In this document: positions 14,112 to 26,700 of the stretch, in pieces
Layout of the letters: each line of letters opens with the position of its first letter
Numbering within the stretch: the stretch's first letter is position 1
Assembly: GCF_009834535.1 (NCBI RefSeq)
Contig: NC_045696.1
Coordinates: 55,120,001 to 55,184,000 of the forward strand
Source: Camelus ferus
Taxonomy: Eukaryota
DNA length: 64,000 nt
Reading direction: 5' to 3'
The notes under the pieces: model-generated
The model's input: the letters and a program-made list of their open reading frames with translations, nothing else
Database searches by the model: none
What the model was told of the DNA's origin: nothing
Translations under genes and position numbers: made by a program

Positions 14112-14513
14112 TGTGAAGGGTCAAAGATTTTACCGTATTTACAAACTAGCCAATTAGCAGCCCCCTCCCCCTGCCTCCCGTTTCATGAAAGTTGACAGAA
14201 GACATGAAATGGTATTTTATTGCTCACAGCAAAAGCAACAGCTGGAACATTAGGTTTTGTTGTGCTGGTTCCCTGAACCCCAGTTCCCACTGGATGCTGC
14301 AGAAGACCACGTGACACCTGCACACACACTGGGTTAGGGAACCAGAGTCTTTTATGACAGTCAGTACACACATCTGTCCTTCCCGCTGAAGAAAGATATC
14401 ACATCTTCCAATGCTGTTGGCTATACAGACTTCCTTGAAAAAAATACATCTGATTAAACAGGCAATCAGATGGGCAGAAACATGAGAGACCCATAGCAAA
14501 CTGTCTTCTGAAA
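14112..14513 (-). mobile_element. LTR40-like (ERVL) solo LTR
   Basis: 'tgtgaagggtcaaagattttaccgtatttacaaactagcc...tttcatg...cagaagacatg...tttattgctcacagc...tcttccaatgctgttggctatacagacttccttgaaaa...catgagagacccat' matches my recall of antisense LTR40. Confidence 0.7.
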
Positions 14514-14557
14514 GTTGCCAGCCCTATTTCCCCGTCTACACTGTGAACCCTTGAAAG

Positions 14558-14725
14558 CAGGGTTTTGCAAACATTTTCTTAAAGGATCAAAGAGTAAAAT
14601 GTTTTATGCTCATAAATTACATCATCTCTGACAATGTAGCTCAAAAGGGACCAGGTACAATATGTAAAAGAATGGATGACACTATACTCCAATAAACCTT
14701 TATTTACAAAATCAGGTGGCTGTTC
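14558..14725 (+). mobile_element. MER58A remnant
   Basis: 'cagggttttgcaaacattttcttaaagg...ctccaataaacctttatttacaaaatcaggtggc'. Confidence 0.75.
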
Positions 14726-14734
14726 CCACTTGTG

Positions 14735-15570
14735 AGCACTGGAGCACATTTTATTTCTGTGCCAGACACTGTTCTAGATGCTGGTGCTACCTCAATGAAT
14801 AAAACAGACAGGATGTCCTACCTGCATCAACCATATATTCTACTGGAAGACAACAACAAATAAAACAAATAAGTAAAAGATAGTTTGCCAGATGATTATG
14901 AGTGCTATGGGGAAAAATGAAGCAGGAAAATGGGGAGACAGAGAGGGAGGTAAAGGTTTAATTAAGGGGTCAGGGTAGGCATCAACGAGAAGATGACTTA
15001 GACAGAAGAAAGGAAAGAAGTGCTGATACCCAGGAGAAGAGTGGTCCAGGCAAAGGAAACAAACGCAAAGGTCCTGAGAGGACAGCACTCCAGGCATGTT
15101 CAGCAGTTTCCGGGAGCAGGAAGGAGGCAATACAGGTGACTCAGAACGAATATGAGGGAGAACGTTAAGTGATGAGCTTGTGAGGTAGCTGGAGGATTGA
15201 AGGGAGTAATAGTCTGCACCAATCTATATTTTTAGAGGTAAATTTGCTGCTTAGAGGACAGTCTGAAATGGGGCAAAGGTGGAAGTAGGAAGACAACTGA
15301 GGATACCTTGGAAAAAATCAGGGCAGAGATGAGAGCTCAGTCTAGAAGGATAGCAGCTAATTTCTAGATAAATTTTGAGAGTAGCCAATAGGTGGGTTGG
15401 ATGTGCTGTGTGAGGGACACAACGGAGGCAAAGATGACAGCACAGTTTTTTACGGGAAGAATGGAGTTGCCACAGACTGACACGGAAACTCCAGTAGAGG
15501 AGTGGGTTTGAGGGCAGATCTGGAGTTCTGCTTCAAAATGTTAAGTAGACACCCCTAATGTGTTGATGTT
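14735..15570 (-). mobile_element. L2 LINE 3' portion
   Basis: 'tgtgccagacactgttctagatgctggtgctac...tgaataaaacagac...ataattatgagtgctatgggg'-like L2a 3' end, continuing to 'gatctggagttctgctt'. Confidence 0.85.
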
Positions 15571-16179
15571 AGTAAGCCATCTACTTAACAAAGTTGCCTA
15601 AAGCCAGCCCTGTGGCCAGTGGTGTGCATCAGGAAATTCCAAATGCTAATAGACAGCATCCTCCCTTGCTCACTGCAGAGTCCAGGCCTGTGACCTCTAC
15701 AGACGGGTCAGCTGGAACATTAATTCCGATCACTTCTGTGGCCAAACAGACACAGAATGATGACAAGGGTCCTTTGTCTAGACTTCATCTGATGAAGGAC
15801 AAATCCAGCTAATGAAGATGAGGCTGTCTGCCTATCAAAATGCATATTCATTAAACGCCTTATCAACGGTCAGCCCAGAAGGGTGAATGACAGATTTTTA
15901 ACAAGATAATTTGAGGAACATTCCCTAAACATATTGAACTAAAGTGTCCTCGTGTATCTGGGCTGGTGCCAACAGGCATTGTCCACATCTTGAATTCTTC
16001 CCCAGGCCACTTCATGGAGTCAGTGGAGGCAGCCTCGTACACTGCTTAAAAATCAGCCCACGGAGCCTACTTGGAGGAGAATGCAGGAGTTGCTGGCTCT
16101 AAAAGTGAAAGAATCCCAACACTAGAGCCGCGCCCATTCCATCCCCATCTCTCACATCTAGGCCATAAGCCCCGAGATG

Positions 16180-16228
16180 AGAAACTGACACGCTGTAACT
16201 GACTATACTTTAACTAAAAAAAAAAAAA
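16180..16228 (+). mobile_element. Very short L1 3'-terminal insertion with A-tail
   Basis: 'gaaactgacacgctgtaactgactatactttaact' + A13. Same terminal motif as the L1 ends at ~25560 and ~41615 ('ctatacttcaat'). Confidence 0.7.
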
Positions 16229-16854
16229 GTAGAAGGCACCTCTGATTGACTCATGCTTGATTTTAGACAAGCATTTCTAAGCAAATGCAAAACCCCGCCT
16301 AGTATGTATAAACAAAAGAACGAGCACACACCTAATTTCACCTCGGCATCAGTGTGACACATTCCTCATGCATCTCTTAAGTATTTCTCACAGAGGGTCA
16401 GCAGGAATAACTTAGATGAGAATGTTCCTACATGTGGAATCCTGTCCTTTCTCAGACCTTAATGTTAGAGGAGGTTAGTCACTAAAGTAAGGCTGAGTTT
16501 CAGGCAAAAGATTGGATGCTTCTTTGAAATATCTGAAGAGGGAGGATATCCCTCTTTATCTAGAGGAAAACTTTTATAAAAGCTCCTTGACAGAGAAAGA
16601 AGACATTGCCCGGGTTTTGACGGAAGTGTAATGGGACTCAACCTAGGAGAGAACAAAGTTGACAGTTTCAGCATTGTAGACGGAAATGCAATGGACAGAA
16701 GAGAAAATAAAGAAGCACAGAAGGAACAAAGGTAGACTTGTTTCTTGGGAAAAGAAACCATCAGAGCTGTGCCATGGGATGTGGGCAAATGGTCCAGACA
16801 AAGAGGTTATATGCATACCTTAGAAATATTAAGATGCAATTCAGGGAAGTTTAC

Positions 16855-17390
16855 CATATCCGTTGGGATATGTCTTGCTGCACGTAACAATTCCTGATTA
16901 AAAGTGACAATAATACAGATCTGTTATCTCAGATAACAAGAAATCCAGGATTAGGGGGATTCAAAAGTTGGTACAGCAGCTCAACAGTGTCAACAATAAC
17001 CTTGATTTAATGCTGCTATTCTGCACTATAATTGTTCATGTGTTAGTCGTTGCTCTCATTATCACAAGTTAGCTGCAACAACTCTTGTGTCCTGTTTCCC
17101 CAAACAGTATCTGAAAAATAAGGAAGTGGGTAGGAACACGGAGAGTGTGGCTCTGTCTTTAGTGGCTATAGTGAAGGGGGAGGCGGGGCTAATACCAACT
17201 TCCCAGAAAACTTCTTTTTATTTCCCATTGACCAAATCTGAGTTATCTGCCAAGGAACAGGATTGTTCTATTTTGCTTAAGTTAATAAAAATTTCATCAC
17301 CCTGGGGTTAAGAATATTGTAGCAAGAAGAAAATTGAGGTTTTATTTGCAAGGAAGGGAAGATCTGTCTGGTGGAACACCAAGAGTGCCA
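16855..17390 (-). mobile_element. MLT1-type LTR remnant
   Basis: 'tgctctcattatcacaagttagctgcaacaactc', 'cccagaaaacttctttttatttcccattgacca'. Confidence 0.6.
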
Positions 17391-17519
17391 TATTTCACTT
17401 TCTTGCCTTTCTTATATTCCATCTTAAAGATACTTCTAAAAGGTAAAGAACTTTGGCAGGAGGAAAGTTTGAGAAATCGAGATTCAGGTGTCTAACAGAG
17501 GGGGAAAAATTGAATGGAA

Positions 17520-19345
17520 TAAAAATTTCTTTTTCCAGCAACATGGTTTACATAATTGAGATGGACCATCCCTAGAGAAAGAGCAATTTTAAAAACTGGA
17601 TAAAATATTAACATCATCTCTTTGAAACTGTCAAGAGTGAGCAATGCGATGAACAATTATGTGGCCAGAATCTAGAAGCAGATGGAAATCAAGAGAGACA
17701 AAGCTGGCACTTAGGGCCACCGTGCCCTAGGAGTGTCCGCCAATTTTGAACAAAGTAGCTGAAAGGCTCTGAAGCTGAGCAGGGGCACAGCACCTGGAGT
17801 TCAGAACCTTCCATGAGGAGTGCTTGGGGTGGTGACAGGTAGGGCTAGGCCCCAGGAGTAAGGACTAAATAGAAACAGACCTGGCCTTATGGGTTCTTCA
17901 GATTTAAATCACTTCCCTCCTTGAAACTGGTGATTTTCCAGGAGATTCCAGGACTTCTGGAATAGCTAGCATTCTTACTAACTGTCTGGCAGAAGCACAC
18001 ATTACTATTCTTTGAAGGAAGATAACATGTCTTTCAGCCACTAATTACTCATATATTTTTTTTCACATTTTCAATTTTTAAAAACTTATACATTGTCATA
18101 TCTTTTCACCTACTGGCACATAATAAAAACATCCTGACACGTGAGGAGATGAGACAATGTGATTGAAAAGCCAAAAGGACGGTGGACAATAAAAACCCAT
18201 CTACTGGGCTTCCAAAGAGGAAGATAGGTAGAATTTTACTATGTTTAATGTGTTCAAGGAAAGAAAATCAGAAATCAGAAAATCAACAGATGGGCTTAAT
18301 AGCAAATTTCATACAGCTGATTAGAGAATGAACACACTGCAAGTTAGGTCAGAAGAACATACCCTGAATGAAATAACAGGGAGAAGAGGATGGGAAATAC
18401 AGAAAAGATTCTACAAAATAAAGGAAACACAGAGAGAAACTACTAGTTAAGTATAATTAAAATCCCAGAAAGAAAGGAGAGAGAGAATTGGCAAAAGCAA
18501 TATTTGAGGCAATAATACCTGAGGATTCCCCAAAATGAATGAGAAACATTAAGCCATAGATGCAAGAAGTACTAAACACAGTAAGCAGAATAAATAAAAA
18601 GAACATTACACCTACACACAGCATAGTAAAATTGCTAAAGATCAAGCTGAAGCTAAATTCCTAAAACCAGCTATAAAAATAACAATACTTTCAAAAGGTA
18701 ACAGTAACAGTTGACTTCTCAACAGAAAAAAGAAAGAACTTGTATCTTCAAATTTCTGAAAAAAAAAAAAAAAAAAACTGCCAAGCAAGAATTACATACC
18801 AAGTAAAATGAAAGAAAATGAGGATATTTTCAGGTAAGTAAAACCCAAGAGCATTTTCAACATTACACATGAACTAAAGAATATACTAAAAGAAAGGAAT
18901 GAACAAAAAGTGTTAAATATGTGGGCAAATTTGTTTATTAGCTACCTACACGAATAACGTTTCTGGGCTTTTAAAATTGTAGAGGATTAAAATACATGAA
19001 GTCACAGCGCACAAGTTGGAAAAGACAGCAAAGGTATTAAAAGATTTTTAGTTCCTTGAATTTTGCAAGAAGAGATAAAAGTCTCAGTTTGCATTAGACA
19101 TCGATAAATTGAGAAAACATGTTGCAATCTGTAGGCTACCACTAAAAAAATTAACAAGAAAATACGTATCACCTTCTTAACAGATGAAATAAAATGCAAT
19201 AATAAAAATCCAGAAAAGAAGGCACTTCTTATTCAATCACCATATAAACAAAATAAAGGAGAGAAAGCGTATGATCATCTCAAAAGATGTAGCAAAAAAG
19301 CATTTGATGGCTTTTAGTATCCATTTATGATGAAAAACCAATCAA
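17520..19345 (+). mobile_element. Old L1M remnant (5' region/ORF1 to early ORF2), heavily decayed
   Basis: ORF1-like A-rich text ('aagcaatatttgaggcaataatacctgaggattccccaaaatgaatgagaaacattaagccatagatgcaagaa') and an ORF2 piece ('atgatcatctcaaaagatgtagcaaaaaagcatttgat'). Confidence 0.75.
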
Positions 19346-19369
19346 ACTAGAAATAGAAAAGAACTTCTG

Positions 19370-19612
19370 AAAACAGCTTTATGAGGTATAATGGATATAC
19401 AGTAAACTGCACACATTGAAAGTATTTGATTTGATGCCAACACCACACTGTTCTTATTACTGTAGCTTTATAGTAAATCTCAAAGTTAGGTAGTATTTGT
19501 CCCACAAATTTGTATTTCATTTGCAGAATTGTTTTGGCCATTTCAAGTCCTTTGTATTTCTGTATTAAATTTAGAATCAGCCTGTCAATTTCTATGAAAA
19601 ATCCAGTCCAGT
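19370..19612 (-). mobile_element. L1 fragment (3' tail plus ORF2 C-terminal piece)
   Basis: ORF-track peptide 'LPNFEIYYKATVIRTVWCWH' is the L1 ORF2 LPDFKLYYKATVIKTVWYW motif. Confidence 0.8.
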
Positions 19613-19799
19613 GCAAAATAAGTATTAGTGCCCACCCCCACTTCAGATCCTTAATGAATTACTGTGCATGTAATGGGTGAAAATCTATTATCTCACTGGG
19701 GGAAACTGCTGGGCTTACTCACCCTGTGACTTGCATACATCCACCTTATTCAGTGTAAAATTTAAATGTGTGTTTCACCAAGTTTACAGGTTACTACAG

Positions 19800-20010
19800 A
19801 TTATAATAAGTGAGCAACACTGTGTGCTGGGGACTGTGGCAACTCTTGCATATATTATTTCATTTGATGCTCACAATAACCAGCAAGGAAAGTACTGTGA
19901 TTTCCTCTCTACTTAACAGATGAAGATATTTAGACTCAGAGAAGTTCAGTGATTTGCCCAAGAGTACACATTCTTGATTTCACTGAAATCTGCCTTTACT
20001 AAAGACTACT
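19800..20010 (-). mobile_element. MIR SINE
   Basis: 'attatttcatttgatgctcacaataacc...acagatgaagatatttagactcagagaagttcagtgatttgcccaag'. Confidence 0.85.
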
Positions 20011-20063
20011 ATGCTAATCTGCTTCTGGGGCCCTAGAGATCCACTGAGATATGAATGCCTTAC

Positions 20064-20088
20064 CTGCTCTCTACCAGTTTATAAAATC
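20064..20088 (-). CDS. Candidate 25-nt microexon (would encode (G)FYKLVES(R/S) if entered in phase 1)
   Basis: Minus strand: gtgctgtctctgtag|GATTTTATAAACTGGTAGAGAGCAG|gtaaggc. Canonical acceptor and strong donor in non-repeat sequence. Open only in the phase supplied by the 29493 donor. Confidence 0.3.
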
Positions 20089-20519
20089 CTACAGAGACAG
20101 CACCCACACCGCATCTTGAACATAATTATATGGCAGGCATCCAATAAAGTTTTTGGAAAGAGTGAAAAAGTGAGTGAATGAGGAAATGAATGGATGGACG
20201 AGGAAAGAGGAAAATAGGGTTTGTATTGGGTTAAGGCATACAGAATTTGGGTTTAGTGAATGGTGATGCATCTGTCTGGAAGGCTTTTTGTAAAGTTTCG
20301 TAATGATTTAAACAAAGGTAAACTCTGAACTGCCATCAAGATAGTCAAAGAAGCTGTTCATGTAGAAATTGAAAGCTGACAGCACCAGTGGCAGTGAGAG
20401 AAAATTCTGGCAAGCCCTGCAACCCAGTTATGATCACCCAACAGGTACTGAAGAATAACCACCAGCACAAGAAAACTCAGTGATTTAGGAAATACTTCTG
20501 GCAAGTCAAAAATCTGGGT

Positions 20520-21750
20520 TACTTAACTAATCTCACCATTTTCGAGTTTCAGATGCTAAAGAGACCTTACAAATGGTTGCTTCTGCCTCTCAGTTTCACT
20601 GCAGAGAAGTGGAGTCCCAGAGAGAATGATGGCCCTATCTAAGGTCACACAGTTTGCCGTTAACAGAAATCCAAATGCGTCAACTCCCAGTCCAATACAC
20701 ACTCCTCTACAACACAGCGTCTCTATGTGTATCCAGCCATAGATAATCTCACACTTTTTATGATCTGTAAACTAAAAAGGGATTTCTGCAGACAGGATTA
20801 GTATCTTCACAGTTCTCTAGAGAGAATGGGAATGGCCTGTTAGAGGAAAGAGGAGCAAATAAGCAGAGGTGTGGGAAGCTCTAAGAGCAAGCTGCAAACA
20901 CATTTCCCTGCTATTAGCCTTCCTGACAGTTTCAATGAAAGCAGAATTCCCAGGGTGTTTACAGAAGAAACTATGAATCCTCTTCAGCCTGGGCTAATTC
21001 TAACTTGAAATATTTTTCTGTGGCAACCCATTGCCATTGGCCATATTCCTTTACTTTGTTTTTGCCCAACCCATTTTGCCCAACTAGTTCCCTCTACCCC
21101 AAGGATACCGTGCACTGATAATATTTACAGCTGGGTACCAGTATTAGGTACTTATGCTTACCATCTTTAATTCTCCCTATGACTTTGCAAATGAGATGTG
21201 ATCATCACTCTTGTCTAGTAGGTGAAGTAACAGAAGCTCAGAATGCACAAGGAATACATCTCAGGTAACACTATTAATAAGATGTAGAGTCAGAAGTCAA
21301 ACCAGGTCCTAGTGATGCCCAAGACTTCGCTCTTCCCACACAGTGCAAAAAAGACTCACTGGGCTGAGTGCTGCGTCCCCAGCCAGTACATGCTATTGAC
21401 CAGACTGGTTAGTAAGTGTCTGGCTTGCTGGCCAGGAAGAGTGACCTTCATGGGTGTCCAGAATAATCAATGGTTAGAAAGCTACTCATTGCTAAAGAGG
21501 AATGGGATATAAAAGCAAGATGAAAGAGAGTTAAGAAAAAATAACAATTAAAAATAACATATAACTTGTGCCAGGTACTATTCTGTATATTTCGTAAAGT
21601 ATATTCTTACTTAGTTCTTATAACACTAGCAAGTGTTTCTGTTGTAGATGAGGAATAGGAGGCTTTTAGACTTAGGTAACCTCCTCAAAGTCACACAGCT
21701 AGAAAATAGTGAAAGTAGACTCTTATTTCAGAGTCTACCTTCTTAACCCG
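20520..21750 (-). mobile_element. Cluster of three antisense MIRs (~20520-20720, ~21110-21345, ~21560-21750)
   Basis: MIR cores such as 'aaggtcacacagttt', 'tttaattctccctatgactttgcaaatgag' and 'gtagatgaggaataggaggct...aaagtcacacagctag'. Confidence 0.7.
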
Positions 21751-22449
21751 GGGGGTTAAAACTCACCTGAAATAAACAGAGAAACAAAAGAATGCACCAG
21801 GTAACTGGAAATGTAGCAGTGCAAAGTGAACACAACATTAAAATATACGGCATTTACTTACAGAGAAATAATTGTTAAAGACCAGCCTCAAAGATCTCTA
21901 AAGCACCTTCTGAAGTTCTATAAAGGTAAAATCGGATTTTTTTTTCCTGTGTGAGACTTAATATGTCTACAGATATAAGTTAGAAATTACATTGTTTGTC
22001 TGTGTGCAATACAGTTTGTTTAGCATGAAATTGAGCAGTGCAATTGTGTTTACTATTAATGATTAGAAAACCAATTGTGTGATTCACCATAAATGATAAT
22101 GGAACATGAAAAATGTATGACCACTATTTGGTCTCCAGAGCCAAATCAGATTCAGAAAAAGAGTAAGACATAAGTCACGATGAGTCTCATTTCTGACCTG
22201 CATAAGAGCACTGGGAGCTTTCAATTCGTACCCTAAGTTCCTGGGTGACCTAAAGCCTTTGATCAAAAAAAGCAGCCTGGTGGGTTACTAAGTACATTTA
22301 GCTAAGACCATGAGTACACTGCCCTTCATCTTGTCTTCTTTTCCCAAATTAAACATTTATCATGAAGACTCTAGGTGCTTAAGAGGCACCTTCAAACACA
22401 AGGGTGCTGAGAAGATAGATCAGCTTTGATTCCGGCCACATACTGGTTG

Positions 22450-22935
22450 TTTTTGGCAAGAATGCCTGCTCATGCTCCAGTACCCATTCCCACCGTTCTG
22501 TACAAGAACAGAATTTTTGGCTGGGCACATTGCCACCCAGAATATAGACTACATTCCCTAGGCTGCCTTGTAGCTGATTCCTTACATATCCCATATGAGT
22601 AATTCTGTCCAGTTTAAGTGAAAGTGTCCTATGAGCAATTTCTGAGAACTTTCCTGAAAAGGAGTTAATATACTTTTTCTCCCCTTGTATTCATCCTTCC
22701 CTCAATTCTATTACCTAAAACATGGATCTCACCCTGAATAACGAGGCTGACGGTCACATCCAGTGGGAAACCAGTAGAAGTCTTGGTGTCTGAAGACTTA
22801 GAGCAGAGTCACAAAATGCCATCCAAACCCTTGGTGAACATCTCTGCACATTTACATGATAGAGAAACATGCTGCTAACTACTTAACTGTTATTTTAAGG
22901 TTTTCTCATATTTGCATTCAAACCTATTCTGACCT
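22450..22935 (+). mobile_element. MLT1 (I/J-like) LTR
   Basis: 'gctgggcacattgccacccagaatatagactacattccctaggctgccttgtagct' is an MLT1 hallmark; ends 'aacctattctgac'. Confidence 0.75.
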
Positions 22936-22944
22936 AATGCTGAG

Positions 22945-23075
22945 AAGTTCTATAAAATGAGAATAATAGTAGTACATATGTAGCTCAGAGATTTGAAGAT
23001 TAAGTGAGAAAATTCATGTAAATACAAGGCCTGAAAAATAAGAATTGAATATTTGTCACCATTATTAGTATTATG
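22945..23075 (+). mobile_element. MIR 3' fragment
   Basis: 'ctataaaatgagaataatagtagtac...gaagattaagtgagaaaattcatgtaaa'. Confidence 0.75.
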
Positions 23076-23194
23076 ATAGTATTTCTTGACTATTGAAGAC
23101 AATTTTCTTGTCTCAGGTCTTGTCCAGGAATTATGGTACTTTAGGCAATTCCTCAGACTAAAACATTGTAAAAATATATGTATATAAATGCTCT

Positions 23195-25071
23195 GATGAA
23201 GAAAAAGCATTTGACAAAATTCATCATCCATTCATGATAAAAACTCTCACCAAAGTGGGTACAGAGGTAACACATCTCAACATAATAAGGGCCATTTATG
23301 ACAAACCCACAGCTAACACCATACTCAACAGTGAAAGGCTGAAATCCTTTTCTCTAAAAGTAGAAAGAAGACAAAAGGATGCCCACTCACATCACTTCTA
23401 TTTAACATAGTATTGGAAGTCCTAGCCGCAGCAATCAGTGAAGAAAAGAAATAAAAGGCATTCGGATTGGAAGGTAAGAAGTAAAACTGTCACTGTTTGC
23501 AGATGAACATGATCCTATATATAGAAAATCCTAAGACTTCCACCAAAAAAGTATTAGAAGTAATAAATAAATTTAGTAAAGTTGTAGGATACAGAATTAA
23601 TATACATAAACCTGCTGCTTTTCTATACATTAATAATAAATTATCAGAAAGAGAAAGCAAGAAAACAATTCTGATTAAAATCATACAAAAATAATAAAAT
23701 GCCTAGGAATAAACTTAACTAAGGAGGTGAAAGACCTGTAAGCTGAAAACTGTACAATATTGATGAAGGAATTTGAAAATGATATAAAGGAATGGAAAGA
23801 TATCCCATGTTCTTGGACTAGAAGAATTAATACTGTTAAAATGGCCATACTACCCAAAGCAATCTACAGATTTAATGCAATCTCTATCAAAATACTCAGG
23901 ACATTTTTCACAGAACTAGAATAAATAATCCTAAAATTTACATAGAACCATAAAAGAACACAAATTGCCAAAGAAATCCTGCAAAAAAAGAACAAAGCTG
24001 GAGATACCATGCGCTCTAACTTCAGACTATACTACAAAGCTACAGTAGTTAAAACTGGCATGACACTGGCACAAAAACAGACATAGATTAATGGAACAGA
24101 TCAGAGAGCCCAAAAATAAACCCATGCACCTATGGTCAATTAACCTACTACAGAAGAGGCAAGAATGTACCATGCAGAATAGACAGTCTCTTCAATAAGT
24201 GTCACTGGGAAAACTGGACAGCCACATGTAAAAGACTGAAATTAGAACATTTCCTCACATTATTACAAAATAAACTCAAATGGATTAAAGACCTAAATGG
24301 AAGACCTGAAGCCATAAAACTCCTAGAAGAGAACATAGGTAGAACACTATTTGACATTAATTATAGCAATATATTTTTGGATCTGTCTCATTAGGCAAAA
24401 GAAATAAAAGCAAAGATGAACAAATGGGAGTTAATTAAACTTAAAAACTTTTGCACAGCAAAAGAAACCACTGACAAAACAAAAAAACAACCTACTGAAT
24501 AGGAGAAAATATTTGCAAATCATATGACTGATAATATCCAAAATATGTAAGTAGCTCATTCAATTCGATATCGAAGAAAAGAAACAATCAGATTAAAAAA
24601 ATGCGTAGAAGACCTGAGTAGACATTTTTCCAAAGAAAATATACAGATGGCTAACAGGCACGTGTAAAGATGCTCAACATCGCTAATTAGAGAAATGCAA
24701 ATCAAAATAACAATGAGATATCACCTCATACCTGTTAGCATGGCTATCATCAAAAAGACTACAAATAACAAATGTTTGTGAAGATGGAGAGAAATGGGAA
24801 ACTTTGTATACTGTTAGTGAGAATATAAATTGGCAGAGTCACAATGGAATACAGAGATTCCTCAAAAAACTAAAAATAGAACTCCCATATTATCCAGCTA
24901 TTCTAACTCCTGGGTATACATCTGAAGAAAACAAAAACACTAATTCAAAAAGATATACACACCCCAATGTTCATAGCAGCACTATTTAGAACAGCCAAGA
25001 TATGGAAGAAACAAAAGTGTTAATCAATAGATGAATGGATAAAGAAGATATGGTATATTTGGATAGATGAT

Positions 25072-25142
<71 letters not shown>

Positions 25143-25590
25143 TAGAGATATATAATGGAATATTATTCAGCCATCGAAAGAATGAAGTTCTGCCATGTGC
25201 AGCAACATGCATGAACCTAGAGAGTATTACGGTTACTGAAATAAGTCAGTCAGAAAAAGACAAATACTCTACATTATTGCTTATATGTGGAGTTTAAAAA
25301 ATAAAACAAATGAATGTATCTAACGAAACAGAAACAGAAATAGAGGACAAACTAGTGATTACAAGTGGGGAGAGGGAAGGGGGAAGGGACAAGATAAGAA
25401 TAACAGATTAATAGATACAAACTAGTATATATAAAATAGATAAGTAACAAGGATGCATTGTACAGTGCAAGGAAATATAGCCATTGGTTTGTAACAACTT
25501 TAAATGGAGTATAATCTAGAAAAATATTAAGTCACTACATTGTACACCTTAAGCTAATATTATAAATCAGCTATACTTCAATTTAAAATA
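23195..25590 (+). mobile_element. 5'-truncated L1 (ORF2 RT/C-terminal region + 3' UTR), non-functional
   Basis: Starts at 'gatgaagaaaaagcatttgacaaaattc' (DAEKAFDKI motif). Contains 'ctgtttgcagatgaacatgatcctatatatagaaaatcct' (frameshifted LFADDMILY). The 3' UTR ends 'tataaatcagctatacttcaatttaaaa'. Multiple stops and frameshifts. Confidence 0.97.
25062..25153 (+). repeat. Compound (GA)n/(GATA)n microsatellite inside L1
   Basis: Directly visible 'gagagagaga...gatagatagatagata' run at the usual 'tggtatatatac' site of L1. Confidence 0.95.
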
Positions 25591-26509
25591 TTTATTTGTA
25601 GGGTCTTACATGATCACTGTGGTCCTCTTACTTAAGGCCATGTATTATTCTATACAAAGAGAAAATTTTGTTTAAGGAATAAAGGATTAGGGTCTAAACT
25701 GCCCAGAAGATAGACTACCAAGTTTTTTGTTCCCAACTCATTTTTCCCAGTATTCATTATCAGTTATTAAATGCTCTTGTCAAGTGAACATTACTACATG
25801 ACTTCCATTTTTCAAGAATTCTCCCTATTTTAAATTAGTTATGCTTTAGGGTTAACAATCTTAAACAATTTGTAAATTATTTCCAAATCATAACATAAAA
25901 TGGACTGTTTCTGGGGAGGGTTCCAAATATGTCTGTGCTTATTTTCTCACCCATGCTACAAATAATTCGGAATATAACTTTTCCGTCCACTCATCACAAA
26001 GATAAAATATAAGTACAAAATGAGTAGTATTGAATCATGAGAGAGAGAAGTCGTTAAGGATCACAAGAGCCAAGAAATTGACGTTGAAGAGACAGAGGTT
26101 TAAAGGAGAGCAGATTTTAGATTTATCAAAGTGGGGGGCACTCTAGAGAAGGGGACTGACATGCACAAACCTACGAGGACTGGGAGTCAAGCTAAGCAGA
26201 GAATTCACATAGAAAAGCAGGTGAGGGTGTCAAAAAGGCACAATGAGATTAGGACATGAAGAACCTCCAATGACAAATGAAGGAATGTGGACTTCAGGGT
26301 CTCTCCATCTCTCTCTCCCTTCCCCCTCTCTCACATTGCTCAGCTCAAATAAATGTTCCATACCCACTGGCTATTTTCTATTTCCTCACCACCCTTTCAT
26401 CTTTTCAATGCCTACCATCAGGTGTTTGCCCCCATCCCTGTTGTGAAACCTCTCTATATCTGCTCATTGCTAAAATGAATGGCTTCTCCTCTTGGTATTT
26501 TACATACGT

Positions 26510-26650
26510 GTATGCATATAGTTATATGTAGCATACATAGTTATATATATATAATGTTATATGTAATTATATATAATTCTATATGTACATTACATACAAT
26601 ATATTATAGATATTGCATTACACATATTACATTTAGTGTGTATATACACA

Positions 26651-26688
<38 letters not shown>

Positions 26689-26700
26689 CACATATATACA
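26510..26700 (+). repeat. (TA)-rich low-complexity tract with (CA)14 microsatellite at 26653-26680
   Basis: Directly visible. Confidence 0.95.

Noticed and set aside
16055..16100. Minus-strand acceptor ttctttcacttttag as a third exon after the microexon
   Set aside because: The continuing frame stops after about 15 codons and there is no strong donor; too speculative.
23195..25590. L1 as a potentially active or domesticated RT (same for 58470-60880)
   Set aside because: 5'-truncated, no ORF1 or endonuclease, and many stops and frameshifts, including in the FADD motif.
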